A stretch of 64,000 nt of DNA from Pseudomonadota bacterium (GCA_043797085.1 JAZDQA010000012.1:126883-190882), one strand, 5' to 3'. Shown: positions 42,742 to 54,153, numbered from the stretch's first letter. Notes: generated by a model from the sequence alone, not told the origin. A program made the numbers and translations.

Positions 42742-43614
42742 ATGATGGAATGGATTAAAAAAATAGGCTCATGTCTTGCAAATGGATTACGTTTTATCCA
42801 AAATCATTTCAAAGCAACACTTCTCGTATTGTTCGTACTATGGCTCATACTTCCCTCAAGCGAAGAAGGACTCACCTCTTACAATCTTCAAAAAATATCG
42901 CTTGTTGGTCCCATCATAGATGCAACCTCTATTGTTGAGCAACTCGATGAAGCAAGAGAAAACAAAGAGGTAAAAGGGGTTTTGTTTAGCATCGATTCTC
43001 CCGGTGGAGCCGTTGCCCCTTCGGTTGAAATTGCGTATGCGGTAAAACGTCTGAGAGAAACCAAACCTGTTGTTGTTTACGCTGCAGGTATCATGGCAAG
43101 CGGAGGTTATTACTCCGCCATTTGGGGAAGCGAGATCGTAGCCAATCCCGGAAGTATGATCGGCTCAATCGGTGTTATTATGGAAGGTGCTGATCTCTCC
43201 GAACTAATGGCAAAAGTGGGAGTCAAAACCCAAGTCGTTCACGCAGGAACCTACAAACAAGTAGGGACAATGGAACGTCAATGGAGCAATGTAGAACGAG
43301 CAGAACTTGAAAAAATCATTAACGGCACCTATACTCTATTTGTCGGAGACGTTGCCCGTGCACGCAAACTCGATTTAAACCGCAGCAACGACTATGCAGA
43401 TGCGCATGTCTTCACCGCTGCTCAAGCCAAAGAGGTCAAGCTCGTTGATTCTCTCGGAGTAGAGTTTGATGCGAAAAAACGCCTTGAAGCACTCACCAAA
43501 GTGACCGATCCAACATGGAACAAAGAAGATCCTATGGATAAATTTTTCAAGAAATTTGCGGCTGAAGGGGCAACGCTTGCCCACATGTACTTTCCACCTG
43601 TAACTCTTAAATAA
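42742..43614 (+). CDS. sppA: Signal peptide peptidase SppA
   Basis: IDSPGG, ASGGYY, GSIGV. Confidence 0.93.
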   Translation: MMEWIKKIGSCLANGLRFIQNHFKATLLVLFVLWLILPSSEEGLTSYNLQKISLVGPIIDATSIVEQLDEARENKEVKGVLFSIDSPGGAVAPSVEIAYAVKRLRETKPVVVYAAGIMASGGYYSAIWGSEIVANPGSMIGSIGVIMEGADLSELMAKVGVKTQVVHAGTYKQVGTMERQWSNVERAELEKIINGTYTLFVGDVARARKLDLNRSNDYADAHVFTAAQAKEVKLVDSLGVEFDAKKRLEALTKVTDPTWNKEDPMDKFFKKFAAEGATLAHMYFPPVTLK

Positions 43615-43617
43615 GGG

Positions 43618-44871
43618 TTACATCTTCGTTATTTTAACCACCTCTGACGTCACTGAAGTTGTATCATTCATCGCCTCAAACCGATCCCCGACATTCAGTA
43701 CATCCAAATCAATCACTTTCCCCTCACGTGTTATCTGTGCAAAGCCTCGTTTGTTTTTATGCTTTGGATGTTGTGATTCATAGGCTTGAGTCATTTGAGA
43801 CAGTGTGTTTTGCTTTTGGCGGATAAAACTTTCTATGGTTTGCGATAAACGTTCTCCCAGAGGAGAGAGTTCACGAAACTTAGCTTCTAAAATCACTCTT
43901 ATTTGTCCATTTAGTCTCTCTCGAAGCTCTTGTAACTGCTCTTTTTGATGCACTAATCGCTGTTCTACTCCATGACGTTTAAACGCCTCTTGCATAGAAG
44001 TGAGCTGTTCACGTTTGCGCTCTAATCGTTGTGAGATCATCCCATAGGCACCATAACGCATCTCATCAATGCTTTGCATCAACTCATTCCTATCAGGTAA
44101 AATCATCTGCATTGCGGCACTGGGGGTGGGAGCACGAAGATCGGCTACATAATCACTGATGACCCAATCAATCTCATGCCCAACAGCCGAAACAACCGGA
44201 GTAGTCATTGCAAAAAGTGCATCGGCAACGACCTCTTTGTTAAACGCCCATAAATCTTCAACACTTCCGCCGCCGCGTCCTACTACTACCGCATCGCACC
44301 CTAATGTATCCGAAAACCTAAGAGCATCCGCGATCATCAAAGCAGCCGTTGAACCTTGCACCAACACGTCAATCACTATTAACTTTACCAATGGCCATCG
44401 TTGAGCAGCAACTCGTTGCATGTCTTGCAATGCTGCACCCGTTGCGGAGGTTACTAAAGCAATTATTTGGGGGAATTTAGGAAATGGTTTTTTGTGCGTT
44501 GGGTCAAAATAGCCTTTTGCTTCGAGCTTTTTTTTGAGTTGCTCGAAGGCTACTGCTAATGCCCCCGCCCCGTAAGGCTCAGCACTGACACAGTTGATCT
44601 GATACTCACCTCGCGGGGTATAAAGACTCAACGCACCATGAATCACCACATGTGCACCCTCATCAAGAGAAAACTTTAACCGCGCAGCATTACCTCGGAA
44701 CATGACACACTTTATCGAAGAGTTGGCATCTTTGAGGGTGAAGTAGATATGACCGCTGCCGTGTTTGGTAACGCGAGAAAGCTCACCCTCAACGCTTACA
44801 AATTCAAACGTCGTCTCAAGCAACGTTTTGATTTGCTCATTAAGAGTTGAAACGCTGAGTGTTGATGCCAT
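43618..44871 (-). CDS. xseA: Exodeoxyribonuclease VII large subunit
   Basis: SGHIYFTLKD, RGGGSVEDLWAFN, VGHE.D, RAPTPSAA. Confidence 0.97.
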   Translation of the reverse strand: MASTLSVSTLNEQIKTLLETTFEFVSVEGELSRVTKHGSGHIYFTLKDANSSIKCVMFRGNAARLKFSLDEGAHVVIHGALSLYTPRGEYQINCVSAEPYGAGALAVAFEQLKKKLEAKGYFDPTHKKPFPKFPQIIALVTSATGAALQDMQRVAAQRWPLVKLIVIDVLVQGSTAALMIADALRFSDTLGCDAVVVGRGGGSVEDLWAFNKEVVADALFAMTTPVVSAVGHEIDWVISDYVADLRAPTPSAAMQMILPDRNELMQSIDEMRYGAYGMISQRLERKREQLTSMQEAFKRHGVEQRLVHQKEQLQELRERLNGQIRVILEAKFRELSPLGERLSQTIESFIRQKQNTLSQMTQAYESQHPKHKNKRGFAQITREGKVIDLDVLNVGDRFEAMNDTTSVTSEVVKITKM

Positions 44872-44875
44872 AAAG

Positions 44876-45583
44876 TTACTTTTTACGGGCGATCATCAAC
44901 GTCGAAATATCCATCGAAAAGCTTTTAGTATACAACATCTCAAATCCTGCTTCTTCAAGCTCTGCTTCCATTTTTCCAACCGTTAAAAAACCTTCAATGG
45001 AATCTGGAAGATAGCGATACGCTTCGTAATTGTTGGAAATCAATCCTCCAATACGCGGAAGAACATTGTTCATGTACCAATCACGCACTTTTCCCAAAGC
45101 AGAAGGATTTTCATTTTTCATAAATTCGAGGATAACAACCAATCCACCCGTTTTAAGTACACGGTTAAATTCAATAAGGGCTGCTTGACGCTCCATAACA
45201 TTGCGAATACCGTAAGAGATACTGATAATATCAGCAGAAGTGCTCTCTCTAGGTAGCTGTGTTGCAGGGGCAATGTAAAAGGACATTTGCGGGAACTTTT
45301 CACGTCCGACACCCACCATCCCCTCTGAAGGGTCAATACCGATGATCTCATCAATAAGAATACTGTTTTCATCTGCTATACGTTTCCAATATCCCATCAT
45401 ATCACCGGTACCGCAGGCAACATCAACAATAGAAAGCGCATTGTCATCACAATAACCAAAAGCAAGATTACACGCTTTTTTTCTCCAAATTGTATCAACA
45501 CCCATACTCAAAACACGATTGGCTCGATCATACGTCGGAGCAATATCATTAAACATGGATACAATTTTTTCTTGTTTGGTCAC
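44876..45583 (-). CDS. ubiE: UbiE/MenG-family methyltransferase
   Basis: MFNDIAPTYD..N, DVACGTGD, YGIRNV, RVLK.GG. Confidence 0.92.
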   Translation of the reverse strand: MTKQEKIVSMFNDIAPTYDRANRVLSMGVDTIWRKKACNLAFGYCDDNALSIVDVACGTGDMMGYWKRIADENSILIDEIIGIDPSEGMVGVGREKFPQMSFYIAPATQLPRESTSADIISISYGIRNVMERQAALIEFNRVLKTGGLVVILEFMKNENPSALGKVRDWYMNNVLPRIGGLISNNYEAYRYLPDSIEGFLTVGKMEAELEEAGFEMLYTKSFSMDISTLMIARKK

Positions 45584-45593
45584 TTATTTTCCT

Positions 45594-45658
45594 TTAAACG
45601 ACAACAAAACGCGTCTTGTTGTCTACGCTAGCGCTAAGCTTCCTTCAGCAGGAGGCTC
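45594..45658 (-). repeat. Dispersed hairpin element, subfamily 2, copy E
   Basis: Minus strand: GAGCCTCCTGCTGAAGGAAGCTTAGCGCTAGCGTAG-ACAACAAGAC-GC-GTTTTGTTGT-CGTTTAA. Confidence 0.8.
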
Positions 45659-45692
45659 GTGCGCACATATGTGCTTGTTAAATTTTATTTTC

Positions 45693-46703
45693 CTATTTCT
45701 TTCTCATCCAAAGGATAATATCTTCGTTTATTTTAGCGTGCAGTACCTCAAAACTCTCTGTAACAGCCCCCATACTCACACTTCCACCACCAATTATGGG
45801 TGCAATGTAACATGAATACCAGTCACATACATCCTCTGTCGCTTCTAACATACTAGCCCCGCCCTCAATCATCACCAAAGAATACTCTTTTATCTTTTCC
45901 AATGATGACTCGATAAATACGCGACGATTTGGGATGGAAAAAAGAGCAATAGTCATATCAAAATCCAGATCGTGTGAATAAATCAATACATCAGGAGCTT
46001 TTCCATCCACCAAACGGGCATCGAGTGTAGGACGATCTTCTCGCACCGTACGTCCTCCGATAACAATCAAATCACATACATTGCGCAGGGCATGAACGTG
46101 TTTTCGAGATGTTTGAGAGCTGATGATTCCATTGTTTACAGTTCCATCAAGCCGTTGTGCCCATTTGAAAAAGACAAAAGGATTATTTTGCCATTGTAAA
46201 AAGGGTTCAAGCAATTTAGTTCCCTCTTCTTCCATAATCCCAAAAGTACACGTTACCCCTGCATCTTCTAAGATACTCATACCATTTGCAGCAATGGGAT
46301 TGGAGTCTTTGCACGAAATAAAAAGAGTTTTTATCCCCAAATCACGAATCAGTAACGCACATGAAGGTGTTTTACCGCTGTGAGCGCAGGGTTCTAGCGT
46401 TACCGCCATGGAGATGTTTTGAAAAAGATTGTTATGATGTTCTCGTAGATAAGTGTGGATGTGTGCGGAATCGTCGCACAAAGCAATTGACGTATCACCG
46501 CTTAAAGCGACATACGCATCACGAAGCGCGTACACCTCGGCATGAGGACCGCCTGCTTTTTTATGAGCACCAATAGAGAGAATTTCTCCATGAGCACCAA
46601 TACACACAGCACCAACAGCAGGATTAGGAAAAGTTAAGAGTTGATAGTCCCACGCCGCATTGATGGCGAGGTTCATAGGAGTTTGAGAGGTTTTCATCAC
46701 CAC
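45693..46703 (-). CDS. ribD: Riboflavin biosynthesis protein RibD
   Basis: PNPAVG, HAE, TLEPCAHSGKTPSC, IEGG; start uncertain. Confidence 0.95.
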   Translation of the reverse strand: MVMKTSQTPMNLAINAAWDYQLLTFPNPAVGAVCIGAHGEILSIGAHKKAGGPHAEVYALRDAYVALSGDTSIALCDDSAHIHTYLREHHNNLFQNISMAVTLEPCAHSGKTPSCALLIRDLGIKTLFISCKDSNPIAANGMSILEDAGVTCTFGIMEEEGTKLLEPFLQWQNNPFVFFKWAQRLDGTVNNGIISSQTSRKHVHALRNVCDLIVIGGRTVREDRPTLDARLVDGKAPDVLIYSHDLDFDMTIALFSIPNRRVFIESSLEKIKEYSLVMIEGGASMLEATEDVCDWYSCYIAPIIGGGSVSMGAVTESFEVLHAKINEDIILWMRKK

Positions 46704-47128
46704 TCGAAGTAGGTTTTTGCCTTGCTTACAGAACGAAAAGGGACTTTTTGCTCGCCCTCTTCTTTGGTTGAAATGGTAATCTCATCTCCGATAACGCTGA
46801 GGATTTCTCCTTCAACTTTTTCTTTGTTTACCGTAGAAAGCGCTACTTTTTCCCCAACTGACTGAGCAAAATGTTCTAACGTTTTAAGACGGCGTTCAAT
46901 ACCAGGAGAGCTCACTTCAAGTCTGTATTCACCGCTCATCGCAGGAGTTACATCAAGAAGCGGATTGATCAAATGCGTTACTTCGGCACATTGATCCAAA
47001 GTAACTCCACCCGGTGCAGTTACACTGACTCGGTAAATGGTATTCTCATTTTCATTTAAAATTTGTGTGTCATAAAGAGAAAGACCGATGGACTCAACCA
47101 TTTTTTTGATATCACGTTCAAGACTCAT
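46697..47128 (-). CDS. rimP: Ribosome maturation factor RimP
   Basis: GVTLDQC, YRLEVSSPGIER. Confidence 0.95.
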   Translation of the reverse strand: MSLERDIKKMVESIGLSLYDTQILNENENTIYRVSVTAPGGVTLDQCAEVTHLINPLLDVTPAMSGEYRLEVSSPGIERRLKTLEHFAQSVGEKVALSTVNKEKVEGEILSVIGDEITISTKEEGEQKVPFRSVSKAKTYFEW

Positions 47129-47483
47129 CTTTTTTCTCCTTGGCAATTTTTGCAAATAAAGCTTCGATATTTTTACTTCGTTCTAACGTATCATCGAAGA
47201 CAAATGTTAAACGTGGAGATCGAAACCATCCTTGATCTTTCATGCAGTGTTCTTCGATAATAGGGCGCACTTTCTCAAGTAATTTCATAAATGCAGCCTG
47301 TTCTTGAGGAGTATAATGATGAGGGTCAAGATAGACTTTTGCATCGCTGCGTCCTCGTGAACATTTTACATCGATTACATCGACTTCGCGAACACGTGCA
47401 TCAGCGAGACCTGAAATAGCTTCAGGAATCAGCTCTTTAAGCATCGATTCTGTCCGTTTTATTTTTATCTGAGCCGGAGTCAC
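47118..47483 (-). CDS. rbfA: 30S ribosome-binding factor
   Basis: [14 protein letters not shown]; directly after infB. Confidence 0.9.
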   Translation of the reverse strand: MTPAQIKIKRTESMLKELIPEAISGLADARVREVDVIDVKCSRGRSDAKVYLDPHHYTPQEQAAFMKLLEKVRPIIEEHCMKDQGWFRSPRLTFVFDDTLERSKNIEALFAKIAKEKKDES

Positions 47484-50005
47484 AGAGTTACTTTTTTCTC
47501 AATTTTTTTGAAGGTTTCAACAACGTCACCAACTTTAACATCAGTATAACCGTTCAGAACAACACCACAGTCAAACCCTTTACCAACTTCTTTTACATCG
47601 TCTTTGAAACGTCGCAGAGAAGTCAAATCACCTTCATGGATAACGACACCGTCACGGATAACACGAACCATACCACCACGAACAAGCTTACCGTCAACAA
47701 CGACACAACCGGCGATTGTTCCTGCACCTTTTGGCATTGGGAAGGTATCGCGCACTTCAGCCTGGCCTGTGTTCTCTTCACGGAACTGAGGAGCCATCAT
47801 ACCGCCTAACAACAATTTGACATCGTCGATAAGCTGATAAATGATAGAGTAAGTTTTGATTTCAATACCCATTTGTTTTGCTGCTGCACTTACATTGCCC
47901 GTAGGACGAACATTAAAGCCTAGTAAGACACAGTTTTCGCTGTTGTTTACCAAACTAACATCATTCTCGGTAATACCGCCCACTCCGCTAGAGATCACTT
48001 CAACTTTAACTTCTTCATTACGAAGATCTGCAAGAGCCGATTTAATCGCTTCCAATGATCCGTGAACGTCTGTTTTAAGAACCACTTTAAGCGCTTTAAC
48101 ACGCCCTTCAGCAATCAACGACGTTAAGTCATCAAACGATGCTTTTGTGCTTAATGAAAGTTCACGATGGCGATCGTATTCAGCACGTTTTTGTGCTACC
48201 TCACGTGCTTCTTTATCGCTTTCCATAACCATCATCACTTCACCCGATGGCGGAACATCACTAAGTCCGACAACAACCGCTGTTTGACTTGGTCCGATTT
48301 CCTGAAGTTGTACTTTACGATCGTTGATCAATGCACGAACACGTCCGTATGCACCACCGCACACGATGTTATCACCAACACGAAGCGTTCCGTTTTGTAC
48401 AATAACCGTAGCAACCGGTCCACGTCCTTTTTCAAGTGTACTCTCTACAACAACCGCTTTTGCCATAACATCAGGATTTGCAGTAAGCTCTAACACTTCA
48501 GCTTGTACCAAAATCGCTTCTAACAGCTCGTCAATACCCGTCAGAGCCTTAGCAGAAACACCAACAAACTCAACATCTCCGCCCCACTCTACAGGATTGA
48601 GACCAAGCTCTGCCATTTGCGCTTTAACCATATCCGGATTAGCACCCGGTTTGTCCATTTTATTGATAGCTACAATAACAGGAACTTTTGCATCTTTGGC
48701 ATGCTGAACGGATTCGCGTGTTTGTGGTTTAACACCATCATCAGCGGCAACTACAATAACAATAATATCCGTAAGCTGTGCACCGCGTGAACGCATCGCA
48801 CTAAAGGCTTCGTGTCCCGGAGTATCCAAGAATGTCACGAGTTTACCTTTTTGCTCTACCGAATACGCACCAATATGCTGAGTAATTCCGCCTGCTTCAC
48901 CATGCGCTACTTTTGCACTACGGATGGCATCCAAAAGAGATGTTTTACCGTGGTCAACGTGACCCATAATCGTAATAACCGGAGGACGCTCAACCGTTCC
49001 CTCGCTACCTTCATGCTCTTCGTCATACGCTGCTTCAAGACTGAATGCATCCTTAGGATCGATTGTCGTTACTTCTACCCCAAATTCATTTGCAAGAATT
49101 TCGATTTCGTCTTTGCCAAGGAAGTCATTTTTAGTTACCATCATTCCAAGATCAAAAAGAACTTTAATAACCGCAGAGATACTTTGTCCCACTTTTTCAG
49201 CAAATTCATAGACACGAACATCTTCAGCAATTTCAACGTGCGTAATTACTTCATCTTCTTTTGAATCTTTGGCGTATTTTTTACGGGATTCACGAGAAAC
49301 TTGACGTGATTTACCACGATTTGCCCCTTGTTTTTTACCGCTGTTACGACCAAGAGGTTTTGCAACTTTTGGCTTTTGTACTTCTTCTGGAGGCATGGTT
49401 GCATTGAGGTCACTAAAGTCGAGAAGAACAACTTGCTCGTCTTCATAATCCATCGAAATGTCAGACATTCCACCATCAAAAATATCAAGGCGAGTACCTT
49501 GTTCTTTTCTTTGTGTTGGTCCGCTTGTATGAAGTTTTTTGGCTTTTTTGGCTTCCAACTCACGCTGTACTTCAGCACTTACTTTGCCGTATTGAGAAAT
49601 ATTGACATTCTCATAACGTACAGGAGCAGCAACTACCTCAACAGGACGTGCTTTTTTGACAATTTTCAAACCTGAACGCTTTGGAATTTCAATTTCAGGC
49701 ACAACTTCAGGTGTTTTCACTTCAACAGGAGCCGCTTCAGGAGCACTCACTGCTTCGCTAACCGCAACAGGAGCAACAACAACTGCTGCTTCAACCGTTG
49801 ATTCAGGAATTGAGACCTTTGGAGTACTCACCTCATGAGCTGCACCACTCATGATGTAGTTCATGATTTTTTCAGCTTCTTCCATTGATACTGTACTCGA
49901 AGCGGTTTTTACATTCAATCCCATCACGGCAGCTTTATCCACTACCTCTTTAGAATTGATTCCAAGTTCCTTGGCTATTTCATGAACTCTTACTTTATCC
50001 ATCAT
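47480..50005 (-). CDS. infB: Translation initiation factor IF-2
   Basis: [28 protein letters not shown]. Confidence 0.98.
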   Translation of the reverse strand: MMDKVRVHEIAKELGINSKEVVDKAAVMGLNVKTASSTVSMEEAEKIMNYIMSGAAHEVSTPKVSIPESTVEAAVVVAPVAVSEAVSAPEAAPVEVKTPEVVPEIEIPKRSGLKIVKKARPVEVVAAPVRYENVNISQYGKVSAEVQRELEAKKAKKLHTSGPTQRKEQGTRLDIFDGGMSDISMDYEDEQVVLLDFSDLNATMPPEEVQKPKVAKPLGRNSGKKQGANRGKSRQVSRESRKKYAKDSKEDEVITHVEIAEDVRVYEFAEKVGQSISAVIKVLFDLGMMVTKNDFLGKDEIEILANEFGVEVTTIDPKDAFSLEAAYDEEHEGSEGTVERPPVITIMGHVDHGKTSLLDAIRSAKVAHGEAGGITQHIGAYSVEQKGKLVTFLDTPGHEAFSAMRSRGAQLTDIIVIVVAADDGVKPQTRESVQHAKDAKVPVIVAINKMDKPGANPDMVKAQMAELGLNPVEWGGDVEFVGVSAKALTGIDELLEAILVQAEVLELTANPDVMAKAVVVESTLEKGRGPVATVIVQNGTLRVGDNIVCGGAYGRVRALINDRKVQLQEIGPSQTAVVVGLSDVPPSGEVMMVMESDKEAREVAQKRAEYDRHRELSLSTKASFDDLTSLIAEGRVKALKVVLKTDVHGSLEAIKSALADLRNEEVKVEVISSGVGGITENDVSLVNNSENCVLLGFNVRPTGNVSAAAKQMGIEIKTYSIIYQLIDDVKLLLGGMMAPQFREENTGQAEVRDTFPMPKGAGTIAGCVVVDGKLVRGGMVRVIRDGVVIHEGDLTSLRRFKDDVKEVGKGFDCGVVLNGYTDVKVGDVVETFKKIEKKVTL

Positions 50006-50249
50006 TAACAACGATCTCCTTTAAACGATTCATGAGCTGTACTGGGGTGTTGCTCTTGCAGTGGCGGGCGAGTTGCCCCGAAGTTTTTTTATGATCCATG
50101 CACGCAAAACACAGATAAAAACTTCGCCCCATCCCGTGATAGATTTCCAAATTGCCTTCACGGCATTGGAGTCGTATTAACGTCGATTGCGCGAATCGTT
50201 CACGACAAACAATACACATGCGTACGGGATGACTACTATTTTGCGCCAT
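49995..50249 (-). CDS. YlxR/DUF448 family protein
   Basis: [16 protein letters not shown]; upstream of infB. Confidence 0.88.
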   Translation of the reverse strand: MAQNSSHPVRMCIVCRERFAQSTLIRLQCREGNLEIYHGMGRSFYLCFACMDHKKTSGQLARHCKSNTPVQLMNRLKEIVVNDG

Positions 50250-50270
50250 TATACCTAATTCTTTCTTTAC

Positions 50271-51152
50271 TTATCGTTCAACAACAAGACCGTCATTGTC
50301 AAAGTTTAATATTTTTACTTCAAAATCCGGAAACGCATTGATAAATTTATCTGCCATCGATGCGGCATCTTGATCGTACACCATGTTAAAGAATGTTGAT
50401 CCGCTTCCCGACAATGTACTCATTAGTGCACCGTTTTCGTACGCAATTCGTTGCACATCGAACAGCTCAGGCAACATTTTCATGCGCAATCTCTGATGAA
50501 AACGATCTTGAGTAGCCAGACGCAGCATCTCCCAATCTTCGTTATAAAACGCCCCAACCGTTACTGCCGTATGCGACAAGTTGAATACCGCATTTTCCTT
50601 GCTGTATGAGCGTGGAAGGGTTGTTCGCGATTTTGCTGTGGAGATAGGCTTGTTGGGGATAACCACAACGGCTTTGAGATAATCGGGCATGTGCTTTTGC
50701 TGAGAAAATACTTTTTGTTTCTCTACCATCGCCGAATTAAATCCCCCCATAACTGCTGGAGTAATGTTATCAGGATGTGTTTCATACACCAAGGCGTAGT
50801 TAAGGATACGGCGCTTAGAGACTTTTACCCCTGCTGCTTCATGCGCACAACTAATCGCACTGACGATGACGGCTGAAGAGCTTCCCAGTCCGCGAGACAT
50901 CGGTATTTGATTGTAAAACGTAAATTTAAAATTTTGTCGTTTTTGCGTCAAACGGCGATAATGTTCATTGAAAATACTCACAAACAGATTATTTCCTTTG
51001 AGACGAGGATTATTTTCCCCCTCCCCTTTGATCGAAACGGTAAAAAATCGTGATGGGACAAGCTCAACACGGTTACGCAAATCAACGGCTAATCCTAATG
51101 AGTCAAAACCGGGCCCTAAATTGGCACTGGTCGCAGGTACACTTACAAACAC
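50271..51152 (-). CDS. thrB: Homoserine kinase
   Basis: [32 protein letters not shown] 51152 after AAGGAAG. Confidence 0.96.
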   Translation of the reverse strand: MFVSVPATSANLGPGFDSLGLAVDLRNRVELVPSRFFTVSIKGEGENNPRLKGNNLFVSIFNEHYRRLTQKRQNFKFTFYNQIPMSRGLGSSSAVIVSAISCAHEAAGVKVSKRRILNYALVYETHPDNITPAVMGGFNSAMVEKQKVFSQQKHMPDYLKAVVVIPNKPISTAKSRTTLPRSYSKENAVFNLSHTAVTVGAFYNEDWEMLRLATQDRFHQRLRMKMLPELFDVQRIAYENGALMSTLSGSGSTFFNMVYDQDAASMADKFINAFPDFEVKILNFDNDGLVVER

Positions 51153-51188
51153 ATTCTTCCTTGTGATTTTGATGTTATACACCAAAAC

Positions 51189-51283
51189 GAACCCGTCCGT
51201 TTTAGTGGCAGGGACGCCCAGCCGGTACTTCGTACATCGGCATGGGTTCCAAAGCTAAAAAAGTCAAGAAGTTGGCTTTTTTT
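51189..51283 (+). ncRNA. Candidate structured small RNA (three-way junction plus terminator-like hairpin)
   Basis: GC-rich nested stems in the tsaB-like/thrB gap; family not recognised; strand inferred from a G·U pair and U-tail. Confidence 0.4.
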
Positions 51284-51306
51284 ACGCTTTTCACCCGTAC
51301 AACCCC

Positions 51307-51759
51307 CTAAAGCGCATCTATTCTATAATGCGGGGCGTTATCGGTATTAAAATTTTCAACATTTATGACATTTGGAAGCTCAAAGCCTTTCAAAACTGGC
51401 TGCTCCAGTGGCGTCGTCGAAATCATATTACTATTTTTAACGAAATAGAGCTTTCCTACTGCTTTGATGGGGTGATTTTCATTGAAAAAGAACCCATCCG
51501 CTGCCAAGAGTGGAATTTTTTTGACGATACTGAGGGTTTTTAAAAAGAGATAGGTCACTTTTATCCCCATAAAACTTCCCGGACCATTCGCATACATCAA
51601 ATAACGAAACGAATACCGACTCAATAAATCCTCAAAAATCTCACTCAACGCATCGGATCCCATCTTGTCACTTTTGATGGCTTCGATTAGTTTTCCTGAT
51701 TCATCGTAAATCCCAACTAAAACAGGACTTCCCAATGCGATGACAACGGCATCATGCAT
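51307..51759 (-). CDS. TsaB-like (YeaZ/glycoprotease-like) protein, short Campylobacterota form
   Basis: [12 protein letters not shown] motif; between lpxC and thrB. Confidence 0.8.
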   Translation of the reverse strand: MHDAVVIALGSPVLVGIYDESGKLIEAIKSDKMGSDALSEIFEDLLSRYSFRYLMYANGPGSFMGIKVTYLFLKTLSIVKKIPLLAADGFFFNENHPIKAVGKLYFVKNSNMISTTPLEQPVLKGFELPNVINVENFNTDNAPHYRIDAL

Positions 51760-52639
51760 ACGCTTTTGCCAACTCTTTTGACTCTGCGGTGACGAGTTCG
51801 ACAATCTCATAATTGGCAGGATCTTTTAACAGTTCCATCGTCAGCTTATGATTGAGATCATGACTTCCCGCAAAAGCTTCATAATTTCCGATAAAGTTCA
51901 TCCCGATCAACGACATATCCCCGATAGCATCGAGAATTTTATGACGAACAAACTCATCTGTGAAACGTAACCCCTCAGGATTAAGAACTTTTTTATCGTC
52001 CAAAACTACAGCATTTTCTAAACTTCCACCCAGAGCAAGCCCTTTTGAACGCAGATACTGCACTTCATGGACAAAACCGAAAGTTCGAGCTCTGGCAATC
52101 TCTTTTTTGTAATTTTCTTTGGTAAAGTTCAGAACATACGTTTGTTTATCAATCACAGGGTGGGCAAATTTGATGGTAAAATCGTAGCTTAGATCATTTG
52201 AGGGAGAGAGCTTGACATACTTGTCACCCTCTCGGACTTCAACCTCTTTTTTAATGCGCATGATTTTCTTGGGCGTATCGAGCTCCACAATTCCTGCTTC
52301 ATCTAAAAGCATACAAAAGCTCATAGAGGAGCCATCCATAACAGGAACCTCATCCGCATCCACAATAACACGAAGATTATCAATCCCATACGCGTAAATA
52401 GCAGAAAGCATGTGCTCAATCGTGGAAATAGTCACCCCGTCTTTTCCAATAACGGTTGCCATTTTAGTATCCACAACACTCTCAGGCGTCAATGGAATCG
52501 AGACACCGGCATCGCTTCTAAAAAAAACAATTCCGCTGTTGCTCTCCATCGGCTCAAGACGCAGATGAACCGGAACACCTTTATGCAGCCCGATCCCTAC
52601 CAGCTCAACTTTTTTACCGATTGTTGTTTGTCGTTTCAT
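51752..52639 (-). CDS. lpxC: UDP-3-O-acyl-N-acetylglucosamine deacetylase
   Basis: GIGLH, TIEH, DGSS, ARTFGF, HKILD. Confidence 0.98.
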   Translation of the reverse strand: MKRQTTIGKKVELVGIGLHKGVPVHLRLEPMESNSGIVFFRSDAGVSIPLTPESVVDTKMATVIGKDGVTISTIEHMLSAIYAYGIDNLRVIVDADEVPVMDGSSMSFCMLLDEAGIVELDTPKKIMRIKKEVEVREGDKYVKLSPSNDLSYDFTIKFAHPVIDKQTYVLNFTKENYKKEIARARTFGFVHEVQYLRSKGLALGGSLENAVVLDDKKVLNPEGLRFTDEFVRHKILDAIGDMSLIGMNFIGNYEAFAGSHDLNHKLTMELLKDPANYEIVELVTAESKELAKAYA

Positions 52640-52687
52640 AACTGCCGTTTCCTCATGCTGGAGAATTATTTCCCATTATAACTGTTT

Positions 52688-54058
52688 TTACTGTTGATCG
52701 ATAAACATTTTTGCCGTATCGATGACACTCGCAATGTTGTCTTGAATCCATTTACTGTCCATCCACTCTTCCGGACGTACTTCGATTCCCTGAACTAAGA
52801 TACCAAAATGGAGATGATCTCCCATCGCATAACCGCTCATACCCGTTTTAGCAATCACTTGTGCTGCGGCAACACTGTCATTTTCATGAACATGGACGTC
52901 AGAACAGTGACCATAAAGGGTGTAAAGACCAAATCCATGATCAATAATAGGGAGATTTCCATAAATGCCGTTAGGTTGAGAGAAAACGACCTTGCCCGCA
53001 TTGGAACTCGTAATAGCACCCATCTGAACACTCGCCAAATCAAGCCCCATGTGGTACGCTTGAGAAACGTTTTTTTGTCCTTTGTAGCTATATATACGGT
53101 GATCTCCAAAGTCTGCTACTTTTTGACCGTTTACCAAAGGATAAAAAGGGATGGGTTTAAAGTCGTTAATCAAAGTATTTGATACTTTTGACGTAATGGT
53201 ATGAATAACTTTTTCATTATCGTCACGGACTTTTTCGTTAATGATACGAAACTGTTCAAGTCGGTCATTTACCCCTACAGTTTGCTCATACACGTTTGCA
53301 AGTTCAGCAATTTTACCTTCCAAGAAAGCGTCGCTCAACTCAATATTCGAAACTTTATATGCATGATCTTTTAATCGTAGAGGGACAGTTCCTCTCGTCT
53401 CATTTCCTGCTTTATCACGAGCTACCACCGTTGCACTAAAGCTCTCACTTTGAACCGGCCATGCGAGCAAGGAGGCGTAATACCCTTTTTTATAAAAAGG
53501 CTGCGCAATGAATGTTTTACCAATGGTTGTCTCGATTTTCAAGCTCTCCATTTGCGCATCTTCCGCTTTAAAAATGACGATAGCAGAACCACCCTTTTGG
53601 ATTTTATAGGAGCTTGCAATAACGGAAAGAACCGGACGACGCTGGTCGATTACTAATGTAACCTCTTTTTTAACGGTGTTACCCAAAAACAATCCCCAAA
53701 GGCTGTTGTCGGTTGCTTCGATTTTCAATACAACACTTTGCGCTTCAGCGTTTCGTTTACCCTTAGGAGGAAGAACTTGAAAACTTTTTTTAGTAACTTT
53801 AGAAGGTACAGCCTCATCGACGACCACCCACTCATCATGAGGACCTACGATAGTAGCCGTAAACGATTTCAAACCGCTGCTGTCTTCAACATCAACATTG
53901 ATCGGGTCTTGAAAATTCCAGTAAGCATCTTTACTGATCGTTAATTTTGGATCTTCACGCTCAAAAAGTGGCGAAAATGCCATAAATCCAATGGCACCAA
54001 TCGCTACCGCACCCAAAATTAATCCTGCTATTCCTGAACCATTTCCTCGTCTTCTCAC
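52688..54058 (-). CDS. M23-family metallopeptidase, membrane anchored
   Basis: HMGLD and HLHF zinc motifs; N-terminal TM. Confidence 0.92.
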   Translation of the reverse strand: MRRRGNGSGIAGLILGAVAIGAIGFMAFSPLFEREDPKLTISKDAYWNFQDPINVDVEDSSGLKSFTATIVGPHDEWVVVDEAVPSKVTKKSFQVLPPKGKRNAEAQSVVLKIEATDNSLWGLFLGNTVKKEVTLVIDQRRPVLSVIASSYKIQKGGSAIVIFKAEDAQMESLKIETTIGKTFIAQPFYKKGYYASLLAWPVQSESFSATVVARDKAGNETRGTVPLRLKDHAYKVSNIELSDAFLEGKIAELANVYEQTVGVNDRLEQFRIINEKVRDDNEKVIHTITSKVSNTLINDFKPIPFYPLVNGQKVADFGDHRIYSYKGQKNVSQAYHMGLDLASVQMGAITSSNAGKVVFSQPNGIYGNLPIIDHGFGLYTLYGHCSDVHVHENDSVAAAQVIAKTGMSGYAMGDHLHFGILVQGIEVRPEEWMDSKWIQDNIASVIDTAKMFIDQQ

Positions 54059-54086
54059 ACTAACACCTCCGTAATATTTTATTATT

Positions 54087-54153
54087 TTAAACGCTTATTG
54101 GAACTTGTCCCAACAAACTACGCTAACGCTATGTTTACTTCAGCAGTAGGCTC
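54087..54153 (-). repeat. Dispersed hairpin element, subfamily 2, copy F (overlaps the 3' end of the DHH gene)
   Basis: Minus strand: GAGCCTACTGCTGAAGTAAACATAGCGTTAGCGTAG-TTTGTTGGGAC-AA-GTTCCAATAAG-CGTTTAA; core matches copy E. Confidence 0.75.

Noticed and set aside
49600..49830. Ala/Val/Pro/Glu-rich repetitive stretch in infB
   Set aside because: Ordinary variable linker of the IF-2 N-terminal region.
50247..50256. TATAAT just upstream of ylxR as a promoter
   Set aside because: It overlaps the ATG itself, so a transcript from it would lack the start codon; cannot be resolved without TSS data.
51242..51310. Thr-rich 22-codon ORF (MGSKAKK...TLFTRTTP) near thrB as an attenuator leader
   Set aside because: It is on the strand opposite thrB and cannot act as its leader peptide.
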